64,000 bases of DNA from Kudoa neothunni (Eukaryota; Animalia; Cnidaria): assembly GCA_964304625.1 (NCBI GenBank), contig OZ199839.1, positions 1,986,093 through 2,050,092 of the forward strand, given 5' to 3'. Below the pieces are notes generated by a model. It worked only from the letters and a program-made list of their open reading frames with translations. It had not been told where the DNA came from and did no database searches. This document shows positions 38,826-52,672 of the stretch, in pieces. Position 1 is the first letter of the stretch; every line of letters begins with the position of its first letter. The position numbers and the translations under genes are program-made.

Positions 38826-41800
38826 CCCTCCCGGGACCGAGCTCATGGGAAAAACGCGTGTTTCCAACGGGGTATTTTTTGACCCCAGTGATTTTTTACT
38901 TATTATTATATTTTTTTGGCAAATTAAGTAAGTTTTATAATTAATGCATTTAATATAACTAGATTAACCTGTTAGAACTTTATACAGCGAATACATTATC
39001 AATAAAAATCACAATAATTACTCATCGGAAAATCACAGATTTGACTCAAAACAAAAAATTTTCATTAATATATACCAGAAAACACACCATAACTTTTATT
39101 TTTAAAGTTATTCACAAGGAACCCCGACATTGAAACAATTTTTAAACAGAGAAAACACAGAAGATCGTGCTTCTCCATTAAGCACATTTTCCGGAGAACT
39201 TCGGCGAGCTTAACACTAATCTGAAATTAAAGTATGATTGTAATATCCTCCCAAAAGAAAGCGTTTCTTTCATTGAAATTTATATTTAGGAGTAATACTG
39301 ATTATTTGGTTAAAATCATATATTGTAAATCTTATTTTATCGGCATGATTGGCGTATTTTAGAGATTTGAATACTAAGATTAATTGTAACGATGTTTGTG
39401 TAATAAAACCAAAGATGAAAATCTTCGAAAAAAATTGTATTGTAATAAAAATATATTTTTATTTAGAAGAAGTTAATAATCTAATAAGAAAAATCTCAAT
39501 AAAACTCGAGAAATATTTAATAATATTGTTAGCATTCACTTATATTGATCACAGAAATACAAATATTTTTCTTAAAGTAGGAATAAACTCTATCATAGAT
39601 ATAAATTATGTAAAGTTTATAAGATTATACAAATTTAACCTTATACGAGTTAGACATGCTAATAAACGACACCATTTTTAAGTACCTTTATTAGAAAATT
39701 TCCCTAATCGAGGAGGTAATATATGAGCTTAATTAACTCAATTATTTAGATAGTCGCCTCAAAATTAATGTTAAAATTTTTTGGAGTATAAGATAGTTCA
39801 ATTTATGCGCAAAAAATCGGCAAAAATAACAATCACGTATCTACATTGCATGTTTGACAATAGGCAACATTCTTTTTAAATCTGTGTGATGAGAAGATAG
39901 GTCCCTTACAATTATGACACTTTACGTTGGCTTTTCGATCAGTATTTCTTGAGCAAAACACACACCTTGATCTTTTATATACAGGAATCAACCCTATCGA
40001 ATCGGATATATTATTATTATTTGGGTACTTGTCAAACAGTTCAAAACTGTATTTTATGTGTGACTGATAATTGGAACCCGCAGTTTGACGAAGTAACACA
40101 TTCGACTGTACTAAATCGATACCACAGATCTCTTAAGAAATGTTGTCTGCGACTTCGAACGTTAGTTCTCCAATCAGGGAATTTGGACGTCCATATGACA
40201 AGCACTGAGAGCTGATATATCCACCAAATCCATGAACATACGTAAAGGCTACCCTCCAGTTGATCTTGAACAACTGTACAACCTGTTCATTTTGTCACCA
40301 TTATCAACCGCTCTTTTAGGTTTATTGTAGTGGAGAATAATTGTTGGTCTCTTTCTCACACCCGCTTCTATTTCACCATCATTTATTTCACTGAACAATA
40401 AATCAACAACCCGATTCTTTTTCGGGATAGGCAGTGTCTATTTTGCCGGACGCGCTTTTTCTCTTAAAATAATAATTCAATCGCTACAATTTTTTCCCAA
40501 AAATATCTTTTATAAATGCAGAATATAAATTTAGTGTCATTAATTCAGTGACGAATTTTAACATAGCTAATTTGTATCCATAATATCCAAATGAAAATAC
40601 AGTAAAGTAAAACTATTTGGCCAATTCGTATTTAAAATTTTTATAATTAGGTAAATGTTTTTATCAGATGATTGATACACCACTAAAATTTAATAAAATG
40701 TTGAGTATTCTACTTTAAATAATAAATGTTTGAAATTATCTTGTATTGCAACGCCAAATAATTGTGACTGTTTAACTTCCACATAAAATTATATTTGAAT
40801 ATAATATATCGATATTGGTGTTGTTATTATTACTACTATCATCATTACCATAATTATAATTTTCTTTTTTTTCTTAAACCAATAACTGTTTGAAATACAC
40901 CTTTTGGTCTACCTCTCAATTTCACTACTGTTGGCAGCTTAATTCCTATAATTTTATGAATTTAGCAAAATGGACAAAAGATACACACCCTTCAAAGATG
41001 GATTTTTAGTTGTGGTATCATCTACAATATTCGGGATCTCCATATCAATTATTGATGATGGAACATTATCATTAACTGCTTCTAGTATATCCTCATTCTC
41101 TAATCGTGATTCCTCAGTAACTAAACACGAAATAAAAATTCTACTAAAGACAATATCATTAATTACATGTTGGGATTGAAATCTCTTGATTGTTTATGAT
41201 GACAGATTCAGACATTAACTTGAACTAAATTAAGTTGAATATATGAATAGTGGAAAAAATAGTCACCTTATCCAGAGAATCCCCATTGGAAATAAGAGAG
41301 ATTAATTCACCTAAAATCTTTTTTAATGAATCATATTGACTCCCTGTTTTTTCAGACCCTAGCGAAGCTATTTTCTTACAAAGAATTTCTAGCTCCCTGT
41401 ATCGCTTAAAAGCAGAATTCGGAACAGGGCACTGACTCGAAATTTCTGTAATACTTGGTTGCACACAACACGAAGGATTTTGAAGATATAAATTTTTGGT
41501 CATTTGAATAAATGACAGGTAATATTCTTTGTGCCACCTCTTATTACAAATTTTCTCTTCATATAAATTCATGTTCATTATTTTTCTAGCGTAAATAATA
41601 TGCCTACATGGTAACTCCATACTTACGTAGAAACAACATGTACAACTATTGGGATCAGGATTGGCATAGGATTCGATATGATTATTTATTTCATCTTGCA
41701 TAATATTATACGCATATGAAGTCAACAATGTTTTATATTGTTCGTTAATGTCTGAATTTAATTTCTCAACAGTTTGGGTTGTCCACTCTCTAACTGCTTT

Positions 41801-44800
41801 ATTCTCACGCCCAGTCCTCATACTTGATAAATAAATAAGCAGATCGCTGAAAAAGACTTCAATTGTTGAGAATTTTTTTATGATTTGTTTAATTTTGGAA
41901 TTTATGCATTCTAATCGATTATTTGTTCTATTTAAAAAAGTACCCTTTAGTTCATGTATGCCGGGCACCATTCATGTTTGATTGGATCCCAAGATTTATT
42001 ATAATAAGTAATGATTTTTTTGTTACATGTATTATTTAACAATTCATGGTAATTTTCATAAATTTTTGGATCATTGGTATAGCAAAGCTTTTGAATCAAC
42101 TCTAAGGCAGTTTTTCTTTCGGCTTTGTTTATTCCCATTCTTAATGTAGAGATTTCTCTCCCAAATGTTCTTAAGACATGGTACAGGCATAAGTTTGCTA
42201 CTTACGTTAGTAGAAATATAGATCTTATAGAGTTTCTTTCAATCATGTCTTTATCCGTAATGAAACAAACTGTTTTGGTTGACATTTCCTCGTTATGTTT
42301 AAGTAGAGATTGACATAACCAGGTAACAGTCACGGTACTCTCCTCAGATAAAAGAGCAATAGCTCCTATTTGACTTTGCCCAAATGAATCGATAAACAGA
42401 CATATATACAATGGCATACGATTATTGATTAATTATAAGTGGCATCCATAAATACTAGTTCGGGAAATTTTTTAATAACGTTTTTCATATAAAGGTCTTG
42501 GAAAAATATTCCAGTCATTTCATTGGAGTTATTGTGTAATATTTCGATAGTTGCATTTGGGTGAGAATTTTTTATTGAATTAAACAATTCCGAAATATCC
42601 GACGAAACATTTTTTTTCAATGTTTGGATATAATTATGGGATTTGCTTCAACGAAACCTTTTTTTGTGATTGGTTCATGATTTCTACTTGTACTCTTTTT
42701 AAATTTCCATCATAAAAATGAACATTTTTTATAAGATTCTTGCTTTCTTCATCTAATTTTCTATTCATTGGTAAAAAATCCCTAAAATGCTCATTTCTGT
42801 TGCAGCTGTGAGTAAGATCCAATTTTCTAATAACTAACATATTCATGTTTTTAGGAACTCGCAGTGTAATGAAGAAATTGCAACCACTTTTATGGCTGTT
42901 GATTTTTCTCTTCCCAGCACTTTTAGATTGTATCTGAATTCAAATTAATTACATCAATTTTTTATATAGATAATTACATTTTTACCACCATGAACACAAC
43001 AAAAAGTGGCTTCATAATAAACAAGATCAGAGTTCATGTCTCTATCAAATTTTTTTTAGGGCAGTTGAGATTTTTCTAGAGTCTCGGATCCAGTAACAAA
43101 AGTTGTTCCGCTTTGAGTACTTATCCATGAATTCTTTAGCTTTTTCAAAGTTGTAAATGCGTTTCCGACCATAGGTTCAGATGTAATATCCTGAATTAGT
43201 AGTGTTTGATCAGACTCTCCTTCCATAGTGATTCTACTCGCGACTATCAAAGTTACAACCGCACGCTAGAGGGTATTTTACTCGTTTATGCTGTTATAAC
43301 ACATAAAATTAGATTAATTGTATAAATAATACAGATTTATAAAAATTTAATGTCATTTATAATGAAACTTATGAATGAGTTTAAAATATCCTCAATGTAT
43401 GTTGATACCTAATTATTAATTAAAAAAATAAATGAAACTAAATTTATATTCTGCATTTATAAAAGATATTTTTAGGAAAAAATTGTAGCGATTGAATTAT
43501 TATTTTAAGAGAAAAAGCGCGGTCCGGCAAAATAGACACAGCCTTCGGGATATATGACATCATTGTTATGTCATTATAAAAAACAGAAAGTGGACTAAAG
43601 CTCAGGTTGATTTTTAAATCCAGCAAATGTTGAGGAATGTAAGTGTTATTGCGCCTAACAGTGCCCGTTAACGTAATTTTATTTTGTAGCAAGAAAGTTA
43701 TCGGCGGAACCGTTGTAAAAAAGTTATCAGTGGTGACACCACTACCCTGATCCAAAAAATGGTTCAATTAGTTCCTTGACAACCTTTTCCCCTTGTTTTG
43801 AATCTTTAATGCCTCCAATCTTACCTGTGTAGGGTTTAATATTTAATAAATACGACATCCGCGGCTACCCATAACTTCATACCGTAGCGAGCGGGTTTAT
43901 TTTTTATGTACACTCGAAACGGGCATCTTCCGCGAAATGCAGCCATTCTTTCATCGACGGTCATGTGAGAACCAATAGAATAGTTTTTTTTGAAAGAATC
44001 ATTTATTTCATTAAAATTTCCCCCAATGGGTTAGAATTTTTCATTAGATAAATTAAATCTAAATTGTCTGATTTGTCTATCATCAAACCGTATTACTCTA
44101 TATATATGAGAAAAACGACTTCTTTCCATGGCTACAGAAAAAAAAAATTGTTTGAATAGTGGGTTTGTATCCCAAATATTTTTTAATGATAATTTTGAAC
44201 CATTACATCGTCCAGAAGCAATTAATATCCCAACAAAAGATTTTAACTCTTCAATGGTTATTTTTTTCATTTCTGTATCTGCTATTGGAATCACAAAAAT
44301 TATTCGTGAAATTTAGAATTTTCTCTAGAATGGAGTCTGACATAAAAAGTTGAAAGCAATCAGAAATGCTGTTCACATTTTTAACATCACCTAAAAGTCC
44401 CGAGTTACTTGTGACGATATCGTGAACTCTAGTTCGCGTTCTTGTTTGATTTGTAATATCCCACAGAACTCCTGATTTCGACATTGATTTAATGTTCTCA
44501 GTTTGGCATTTATCATCATTTTGAGAATCAGAACATGGGTCTGAATCTTCCACAATATCCTCATAATATGAGGCATCTGATAGGTCACCTTCAAATTCAA
44601 GGTCGCTATCGGAGCTTTGATCAGTCTCTACATTATCATCAATTAGTTTATTCAGATCTTTGTAATACGACATGTCTAAATACAAATTTCATTCGAATTG
44701 CCCGCGTAATTTTACTTATCCGTTCCTAATGTTTACTTCTCGCGGTATTCCGACCCCAACTACGCCCTTAAGTTATTCGGAATCACCCGACAAGTGAGTG

Positions 44801-45123
44801 GTAAAATCAAAATGTTTCCTCCCATACTTGGTTTCATAAATTTTCAATATTTCAGATGAATTTTGTTTAATTTCACTACCTAAATTCTACAAATAAAATT
44901 ATCATGTCTACGTTTAGCCAAGGTTTACTGATGTGTGGTGACTTAAAATCATTATATCTCATATCATCTTGATAGTTTTTAAATTATAACTTAAAAATAA
45001 AATTGAACATTACATTTCATTAGATTACAAAAATTGTGAGACGTGTATAATCTTTTTTTAAACAGAAAAATAAAATAATATGAAAAAAGGGGTCACGAAT
45101 GACCACGGTTGGTCCCGGTAGGG
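38826..45123 (-). mobile_element. Full-length piggyBac element with decayed transposase, interrupted by a MULE
   Basis: TTAA|CCCTCCCGGGACC ... GGTCCCGGTAGGG|TTAA. Transposase fragments run 44685-43544 ('AMERSRF', 'VDER', 'TTDNFFT', 'MMSYIPK') and continue 40429-39833 (Cys-rich 'RCVFC...KCHNC'). Confidence 0.95.
40430..43543 (-). mobile_element. MULE with ~105-bp TIRs and frameshifted FAR1/ZSWIM3-like transposase
   Basis: TIR GGCAGTGTCTATTTTGCCGGA / TCCGGCAAAATAGACACAGCC, perfect 9-bp TSD TTCGGGATA. Motifs 'FPELVFMDATY', 'FITDKD', 'CLYHV', 'TNNRLE' and SWIM 'CTC...LPCRH'. Confidence 0.95.
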
Positions 45124-45162
45124 TTAAAGCTTGTCATTATTTTGCAATGTGATGATTTAGAT

Positions 45163-46679
45163 CAGTGTTTCCCTATAGAGGGTGCGGGCACCCCCTAGGG
45201 GTGTGAAGAGCCATCATTGGGGATGCGTGAGTCATTCAAGAATAAATTTAAAAATTAATCTTAGTTTATTCATTTCGTAATTTTCGTTAGTTCCCATTTA
45301 AATCATGTAAGGACGTAATGCGTACAATAAAACTTCTGGTTGTTTTGATATCAATCAATTTTGACTCAAAAATGGGATTTGATAATATATTTAATTTATA
45401 ATTTATTCTGTTTGATTCTACAAAATAGCGCAGTAAGGCAATAGTTTATATTAAGCCTGTTCAACCTACAAAATCTGACTATCGCTATTTTTATGTATTA
45501 CCGTAACTTTGTTGTCTTTCAAAATAACATATTTATATGCTTAAGCCGTAATTAGGTTGTTAGCATTTTTATCTACTTAGAAATAATCTCTATCCATAAT
45601 AATAAAACCACAATGTGGTTTAAAATTTGTCTTCTATCTAAATTTGAGATCCATCATTTTAATTGTATATGATTTATCATGTTACATTTTAAGTTTTATG
45701 CTCGAATTTATACCTGGCGTTTAATAAGAATTTTTGGTAAATTTTCTTAAACAATATTCGTACAACGAAAATCCGAGCATTTATTTATGCATTTAAATAG
45801 ATGATTGTCAATTTAACAGAATAATTAGTTATTTTTATTCAGGTACATTAAGGAAGCATCCGTTTTGAATTTTCGAAATTCTTCTTAACCCATTGCCTCT
45901 ATGTTTAAATTAAAATATGACTCAATATAGAATAAGAAATTCGCTAGGTTTTTCTACGCTAGATGGTATAGGAAACAAGCGTATCGATTTCATTATGTAC
46001 AAATAATAAGAATCGGAATTCATTAAACCCCGAAAACGATTTTCATGTTTCATATTCCAACAAAATCTCTTGCTGTGAATTACTTATGAAAACCGAACTA
46101 GAGCAAGAGAACCGCCAGACCAAATAATACTAAATAACAATTCATTTTGAAATAATGTTTCGTATGAACTATACGAATTGGCTATTTTTAGTTTTCATCT
46201 TTATGTACAGAATTTATTTAAGCGACCATACTTTTTGTAGTTTAGTATTACGTTTATATTTATTTTTTACGTCTAATATTTTGAAAGTAATTATAATAAC
46301 ACAATTCATTAGAATTATTTATTACTTTACATAAAAATGGGTATATATATAAGCAAGAATGAATAATAGCTCCAATCATTGAGTGTTAAGTCATGAGGAG
46401 TGAAAAGATAATGTTCATCCCTTTTCAATTATACAGAGCTAATTGAACTAATCAAAACATTTTGGTTTTAATTTATTTTAGAAGTAAAGAGGAAATTTGA
46501 AATTAAAATATAAACTAAAATAATACAAACATGATTTTAAGACATTTTTCATTGGTATTATTATTTTCGCATTTAAATAAAAAGAATAATTGAGTCGACA
46601 TTCACATAGAGGAGGGGATGCGAAGTGAATGGAGAAATTAGGATGGAGTGGCGGATGTAAAATATGTAGGGAAACACCG
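45163..46679. mobile_element. Non-autonomous hAT element
   Basis: TIR CAGTGTTTCCCTA / TAGGGAAACACCG and perfect 8-bp TSD ATTTAGAT. Confidence 0.9.
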
Positions 46680-48244
46680 ATTTAGATAAACGAAATTATG
46701 CGCATACTTTCCATTCTAATATAAATAAAGATCTGGAGAGAAATTAATGTGCAATTCTAAGTTTATGCTACAAATTATTGGCCAAAACTATGATGACCTT
46801 AATTTTAAGAGAAATGTAAATAGCGATTAAAGTTCAGTTATATACGAAACAAAAATCATTAAGTAACTTAAATAGGACTTTCAGTTCTTTTCAAAATTTT
46901 GTGATAAAAATTAATCCTTCTAATTATAAAATTTATTATTAATCTACAAACGATAAAAAAATCAATCTAAGATGCCTCCGAAATATAAATATTAATTGTT
47001 ACTCCTTTTGTCGCAATTTTATAATGATGCCAATGATGTTTTGAAAAGCTGTGCGCAGTAACTTACGTATTCATTATTGTAACAAAATTTCCCTATTTAT
47101 AAATAAATCCAACCTTGCTTTTTATCAAGAATACTTACTGGTTCAAAAATATACACATTTAATTACCAAAATACGATTAAATCAAAAATGTAAAGATGTT
47201 TTTGGTTTGAAAAATTACAATAATGTTTAAATATCAACCGGTTTTCTCGAAGGAGTGCATCCTTTTAAAAATAAACGTATTGTTTGATTGCTTTAAAAAA
47301 ATTTCTTCGAATTGAATTATTCTTACATTAACGGAAACTTGTGAAAATATCGGTTAGATCAAATAGATCAATAATTTCTTATTAACTTACGTGGCACGCA
47401 TTGAGAAGGGACTATATTTTTATGCAGCTTTTACATCGTAATGAATTAATGCGAACCTAAAGAAAACAGTATATTGATTTGAATATTAACCTTAAGGTCT
47501 GGGGTAAGGAATAATTAGGATACATATAGAGACTCAAATGATTCCAACGTGGCAACAACTTGTTATCTCAAATTATGTGTTTAATTTAAAATGATCGTAA
47601 TATACTTTTCTTAACTGTATCCATAACGCTCGAAAAGAGAAAACACATACCAAATAACTTGTTTATGCTTCTTCCTTAAAGGGAAATGCGATAACTCTTG
47701 TAAATTTGACGCTAATAGTTTTATTTGTCTTATAAGTACCCCGAACAGGCATATGTAAAATTTTTAGAATATTCCATACCATAATTAAGAGACTCTTTTT
47801 CTATATAATGAGTGAAAGTTCATTTTAATTGGTTATCAATCAGAGGTAAAAAATATCAATATTATTCAGGTACTTTTTAATCTGCTATTTGTGAAGACAA
47901 CCAGAAAATTCCTTACTTAGGATTGTGTTATTGACTACATTTATATTTCTAAGTAAATGATCGATTAATATTAATGGTTTCATTTATTCAAATACAAGCT
48001 TACAGTTATATTTAAAGAAAGTTTCTCCGTGGCACATGTGTACTGCTGCAAACTGACACACTGACAGACATAAGAACTTTATTATTATGCAATATTTTAG
48101 AACAGAACAAGGATGGGGCATTATATTTCGAAGCCGGCTGGATTGCCCTATTATTCATAGCTCACGGATCTAATTATTATTTTAGAAATATATCTGACAA
48201 AATTGGTATGAACAACAATTTTATTAGATTGTTAACCCCTAATT

Positions 48245-48877
48245 GAGGGTTCTCAACCAGGGGTAAATTTGCCCTTGGGGATAAATTTTAAACGACAGGA
48301 AGTAAATTAAATAACATCAAAATTGGATGGGGTCAATTATTGTATAATGGGCTTTGTGACGTACTTCAGGATTTCTAAGAAATTATATTATTCTGGGGTA
48401 TTAAACTCAATAAGGAGTAAGAAGAAATCCTTCAAATGTTTTTAGGGAGAATTATTTAACATTTATTTACGAAACTATCATACGTTTCTTTCATTTATGC
48501 ATCGTTTTCCTTTTAGAAATGTAGTCTGATAATACTTAAAATAGCTATCTTCAAGGTAAATAATATTCAGATGTCATTAGTTTTAAATATTTTTATTATT
48601 TGTCACATCTAAGAGCGAGGAAAGATGTCAGAAATAATTTAATAAAATTTAATCTGTAGGCAGCTTGTGAGTTAGAATTGATGGGCTTAAAAATTGTCAT
48701 TACACAAGCGTAAATGCCTGTTTAGATTAGAATTTGTCATGTAAACAAACCCTGTCATAGTTAAAACAATATAAAACCTGAAAATACATATGAATTTGGC
48801 TTCCATGTTAAGGGGGTAATTTAGATATTTCACCAGGTCGACGGGTTAAACTTGAAAAAAACGGTTGAGAATCCCCG
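48245..48877. mobile_element. hAT MITE
   Basis: TIR GAGGGTTCTCAACC / GGTTGAGAATCCCCG, TSD-like CCCTAATT / CTCTAATG, GGGGTAAATT subterminal repeats. Confidence 0.75.
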
Positions 48878-49623
48878 CTCTAATGTACTAATAATCGACT
48901 GCACTCCGACGAATTTTGGGTAAAAAACCACACCAGATTTTTATTGCTCCATTTGAACTAAAAAAAATTTGATTTCATAAAATAAAAATAGACGGCCAAA
49001 TGGTAACAGACGATTCCGAAAATTAACTAACTTATTGTTATCGTATCGTTTCAAAATACATCAATGTTTATATATCATATCATGAAAAGAATATTAAGCA
49101 ACCATAATGCGCATAAATATTTCCAGTTTAAAAGTTTTGCATTTATTCCCCGATCTTTCTAATTCGCGACTCATTTTAATAGCTATAATCTGATTTGTGA
49201 ATACACTCGGGAAAAAATGAGGGTCGATGTTGGTTATTGTCAATTTTCTACAATTATACACTCGAAAAACCACTTTTATCTTATTTCAATAGTTGATAAC
49301 TATAATTCTACAACTCTTCTAGTGCATTTAATAACCAAATTTAATCTAATTGGAACGATAATCGGAGATTGTGCTACACCTGAAAATTATCATGTTTCGC
49401 ACGTGCTTTCTTCTTTCTTCATTGATGATTATTTAAAATGTAATAAATCGATGTAGAAACTAGGAATTCAGCCCAAAGTAATTTCTAAATATTTTTTACC
49501 TTGAACTCGAACTTTGTCGAATATACGTGCAACCTCCATCTTATGTACGATAAACCCTGAATGTTTTCTTTTCTTTTCATTTTATAAATCCAAAATTTTT
49601 TATCGTATATCTATTATCTACTA

Positions 49624-51395
49624 CAGTAGGTAACCGATTTTCGGTAACTTCGGATTTTCTTCCATTAGAATATTGTTTTAATATTTAAACCATATATTTG
49701 ATTTTATTTTTAGGTTTTAATAATAATTTACAAAAATTTTAAAAATTGAACATTTAAAAGTGGGGGTTTCACGTTAATAGCGCATAAACTGATTTTCCGT
49801 AACTTTTCAGCTCTAGGCGGATTCAGTGATGTGCCTTTTTTACATTTATAATGTTTGGAAAGTTTAAAATGTGGAAATAATAAAACTAAAATATAAATTT
49901 ATTGATTTTTTTAAAGCATACTAAACTGGAGTGCAATAATACTACTCTTAGTAAATTTAAGCTCCTTTCTATTTCTACTCTAGATATCATCTTGATTAGG
50001 AAGAACGATATAGTTTTATCGTATAAACTGACTTGGCTTCTTCGGAGAGAAAAAATTTTAAACAATGTTCAAATAACGACATCGATACTTTAGTATATGA
50101 CTGGGTGAATTTTTTTGAGATAAAAGAATTGAACTATCTGATCATGATATAATACATGAAAGGAAACCAATTGACAAAAGAATTGAACCTAAACGTAGTA
50201 ATGACCTATTATTGATTTCTTGATTTTTAATCACGATTTAATTTAAAAATATCACTTCCCATCGTGATGCTGCTTATGTTGACTAAAGTTTGGTAGAAAA
50301 TTGGTAGCCTAAATTGAATGACTAAGTCAAAGGTAACAACGATGACTGTATCTATAATCTTGGCGAAATTGCACAATTTTACTAACAACATAGAAGTCCA
50401 TTATTTTTAATGCAATGTTTTGTCGAGAGAAAAAAATTCCAAAAAATAGTTGCTGTTTTGCGGCATGCATCTATGCCTGGAGGTTGCATTGAATCTCTTG
50501 TGATTGGAAATCACAAAAACCACGTTGTTTTAAATATGCAAAATAAAACATTTCTAGTAAAATTCAAATAAAACAGGAAAGAATGGATAACTGGGGAACA
50601 TTTAACAAGTATCTTTCTAATTCTGACAATGTATTCAAAACGAAGTACAAGAGAGTTTACGACTTCTTAATAATGCCACTTATCACGCCGAAATTCATTT
50701 GTCCAATATCCCTCTTATATTCCTTACAAAAAATTAAACTAGCGTTTTGCAAGTATTAGACCATGTAATCATTTTCTCATTCAAATAAAATTACAAAAAT
50801 AATTTAATAGAAAGTTATATTGCTGCAGTTAGCAGTGATATAAATACATCCTACCAAGATTCGCTTAAAACATCGTTCCTAATTAAAGAATTATGAGACG
50901 ATGTTTTAAAGGTTGTTGTATTCAATTGTTTCAGAAAATATTGGTTTCCTGCGGCCAATAAATGCGAGCGTTTATCAAATATTAATTTTAGAAATAAAGA
51001 ATTTTCAGCTGGAAATTTCGAAAATATGCAAGAGGAAGTCATTATGCCTATATTAAAACACTTTGACGAGCTTGCTCCTTTGATTGTTGAATCTGATGAT
51101 TCTGAAACTGAAGATTTAGGAGTGGCAGAATTTATGTCAGAAAAAGATGTATTTAAATTTTTAAACATGCAGAAGAAATATACGACGGAGGGAAATTGAT
51201 TTTCTGGACGAAATATTGAGTTAACAGCATAAAATTACGACGTACGTCTTTAAAAATATAAATAAAAATAACATTAAATAACATATTATTTCAATAAAAG
51301 GAGATGAATGTATAAATGAAATTAATTTATTTAAAATAGATATATTTTTTTATGTTCGCATGCACATAAAGTTACGGAAAATCGGTCACATACTG
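49624..51395 (+). mobile_element. pogo/Tigger transposon with decayed transposase
   Basis: TA|CAGTAGGTAACCGATTTTCGGTAACTT ... AAGTTACGGAAAATCGGTCACATACTG|TA. Remnants 'CIYNLGEIAQFY' (compare IYNxDETGLFY) and 'FNCFRKYWF' followed by an acidic tail. Confidence 0.85.
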
Positions 51396-51400
51396 TACTA

Positions 51401-51436
51401 ACTAGGTTTTCTACTCGTCATGCGACGCGCGTAATA
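51401..51436 (-). mobile_element. Possible Helitron 3' end
   Basis: Minus strand reads CGCGCGTCGCATGACGAGTAGAAAACCTAGT: hairpin, spacer, then CTAG|T. Confidence 0.45.
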
Positions 51437-52672
51437 TGGCATTATGGGCGAGAAATGCTTCACACATCACTCCTTTAAATACATTCACCCTGTTTAGAAA
51501 ATATACAAGTTAGGGTATTAGAATTGATCTAATAAACGACCGCGCTACTTATAGAAAATAGACGTTTTTACGGATTATAATACAAACAAAATGTTTTCTA
51601 CACCTTTGATGTACTATAAACTTAAACTCATTATATTAAATGTAAGAAAATTATGGAGTATTAATGTTAAATTTTAGGTTTGAGAGTATATTGAAGTATT
51701 TTATTCTCAACAGGAGCCTCAAAGGCTCTAGTTTTCTCTCACGACTGACTTAATCAATTCTTACTTCTGATATAACGAATATCATATTTGGCATTTCGGA
51801 AATTCAGCATGTCGCGCCCCATCACGCTCACACTCTCGTAAGCATGCTTAACGCCTTTTTATCTCGCTCATATCTTTTATATAACGCATAGAGCTTTTTA
51901 GAAACTCTAATATTAACCAACTTTGCAAAAATAAGTCACCCTCCTATTATAATTTTCTAAATTACAACCTAAATCGGGGAAATATGCACACTGAATGCCC
52001 AAATGTCTTTGTCAGGATTATACAACAACATTTACCATTTTAAATATAGAAATTTTCTTTTGTTAAGTTTGGTTTTAATTATCTTTACTGAAATTAAGTT
52101 TTAATGAAATTCTTGTTATTCCAATTTTTCTAATGTGATTATAGATAGATTATTTTTCAGTGACAGTTTGTAGACTACAAGTCTTACTTAACTAGTGTTA
52201 TTTATATATTCGGATAATTAATAATTTTTTTAGAGGGTATATCCACATAAATAGAGGACTTAATTCCGGCCCGAGACTCGAGATAATTTTTGGTATTTAT
52301 CGGGAGTTATTCATTTATTTAAAGAAATAAAATAACTTCCATAATATTATGTGACAAATAACTTACATTAGGATTAAAATTAATAATATGACGAGATGTT
52401 TGGTTAAAACATTATTTCCTTAAGTTTGGAATCAGTTAATACATATTCAATACATTAATAACGTATATGTTATTATCGAGTGAGGATTCCCTAACTGTGT
52501 GTGAAAATTTTATTAATCGGTGTTTATATGAATACTAATATTATAAACGACTTTTTATAATATTTTATTACGATAATAATAAACCCTATTATACTTTGAA
52601 ATGAATGAACCAATGAATAGTGTTTCACATTCACGTTGGATTATTCATACAATTACTGTAATATTGAAAGAG

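Noticed and set aside
50851-51168. 105-aa Ser-rich minus-strand ORF
   Set aside because: Antisense of the acidic C-terminus of the decayed pogo transposase.
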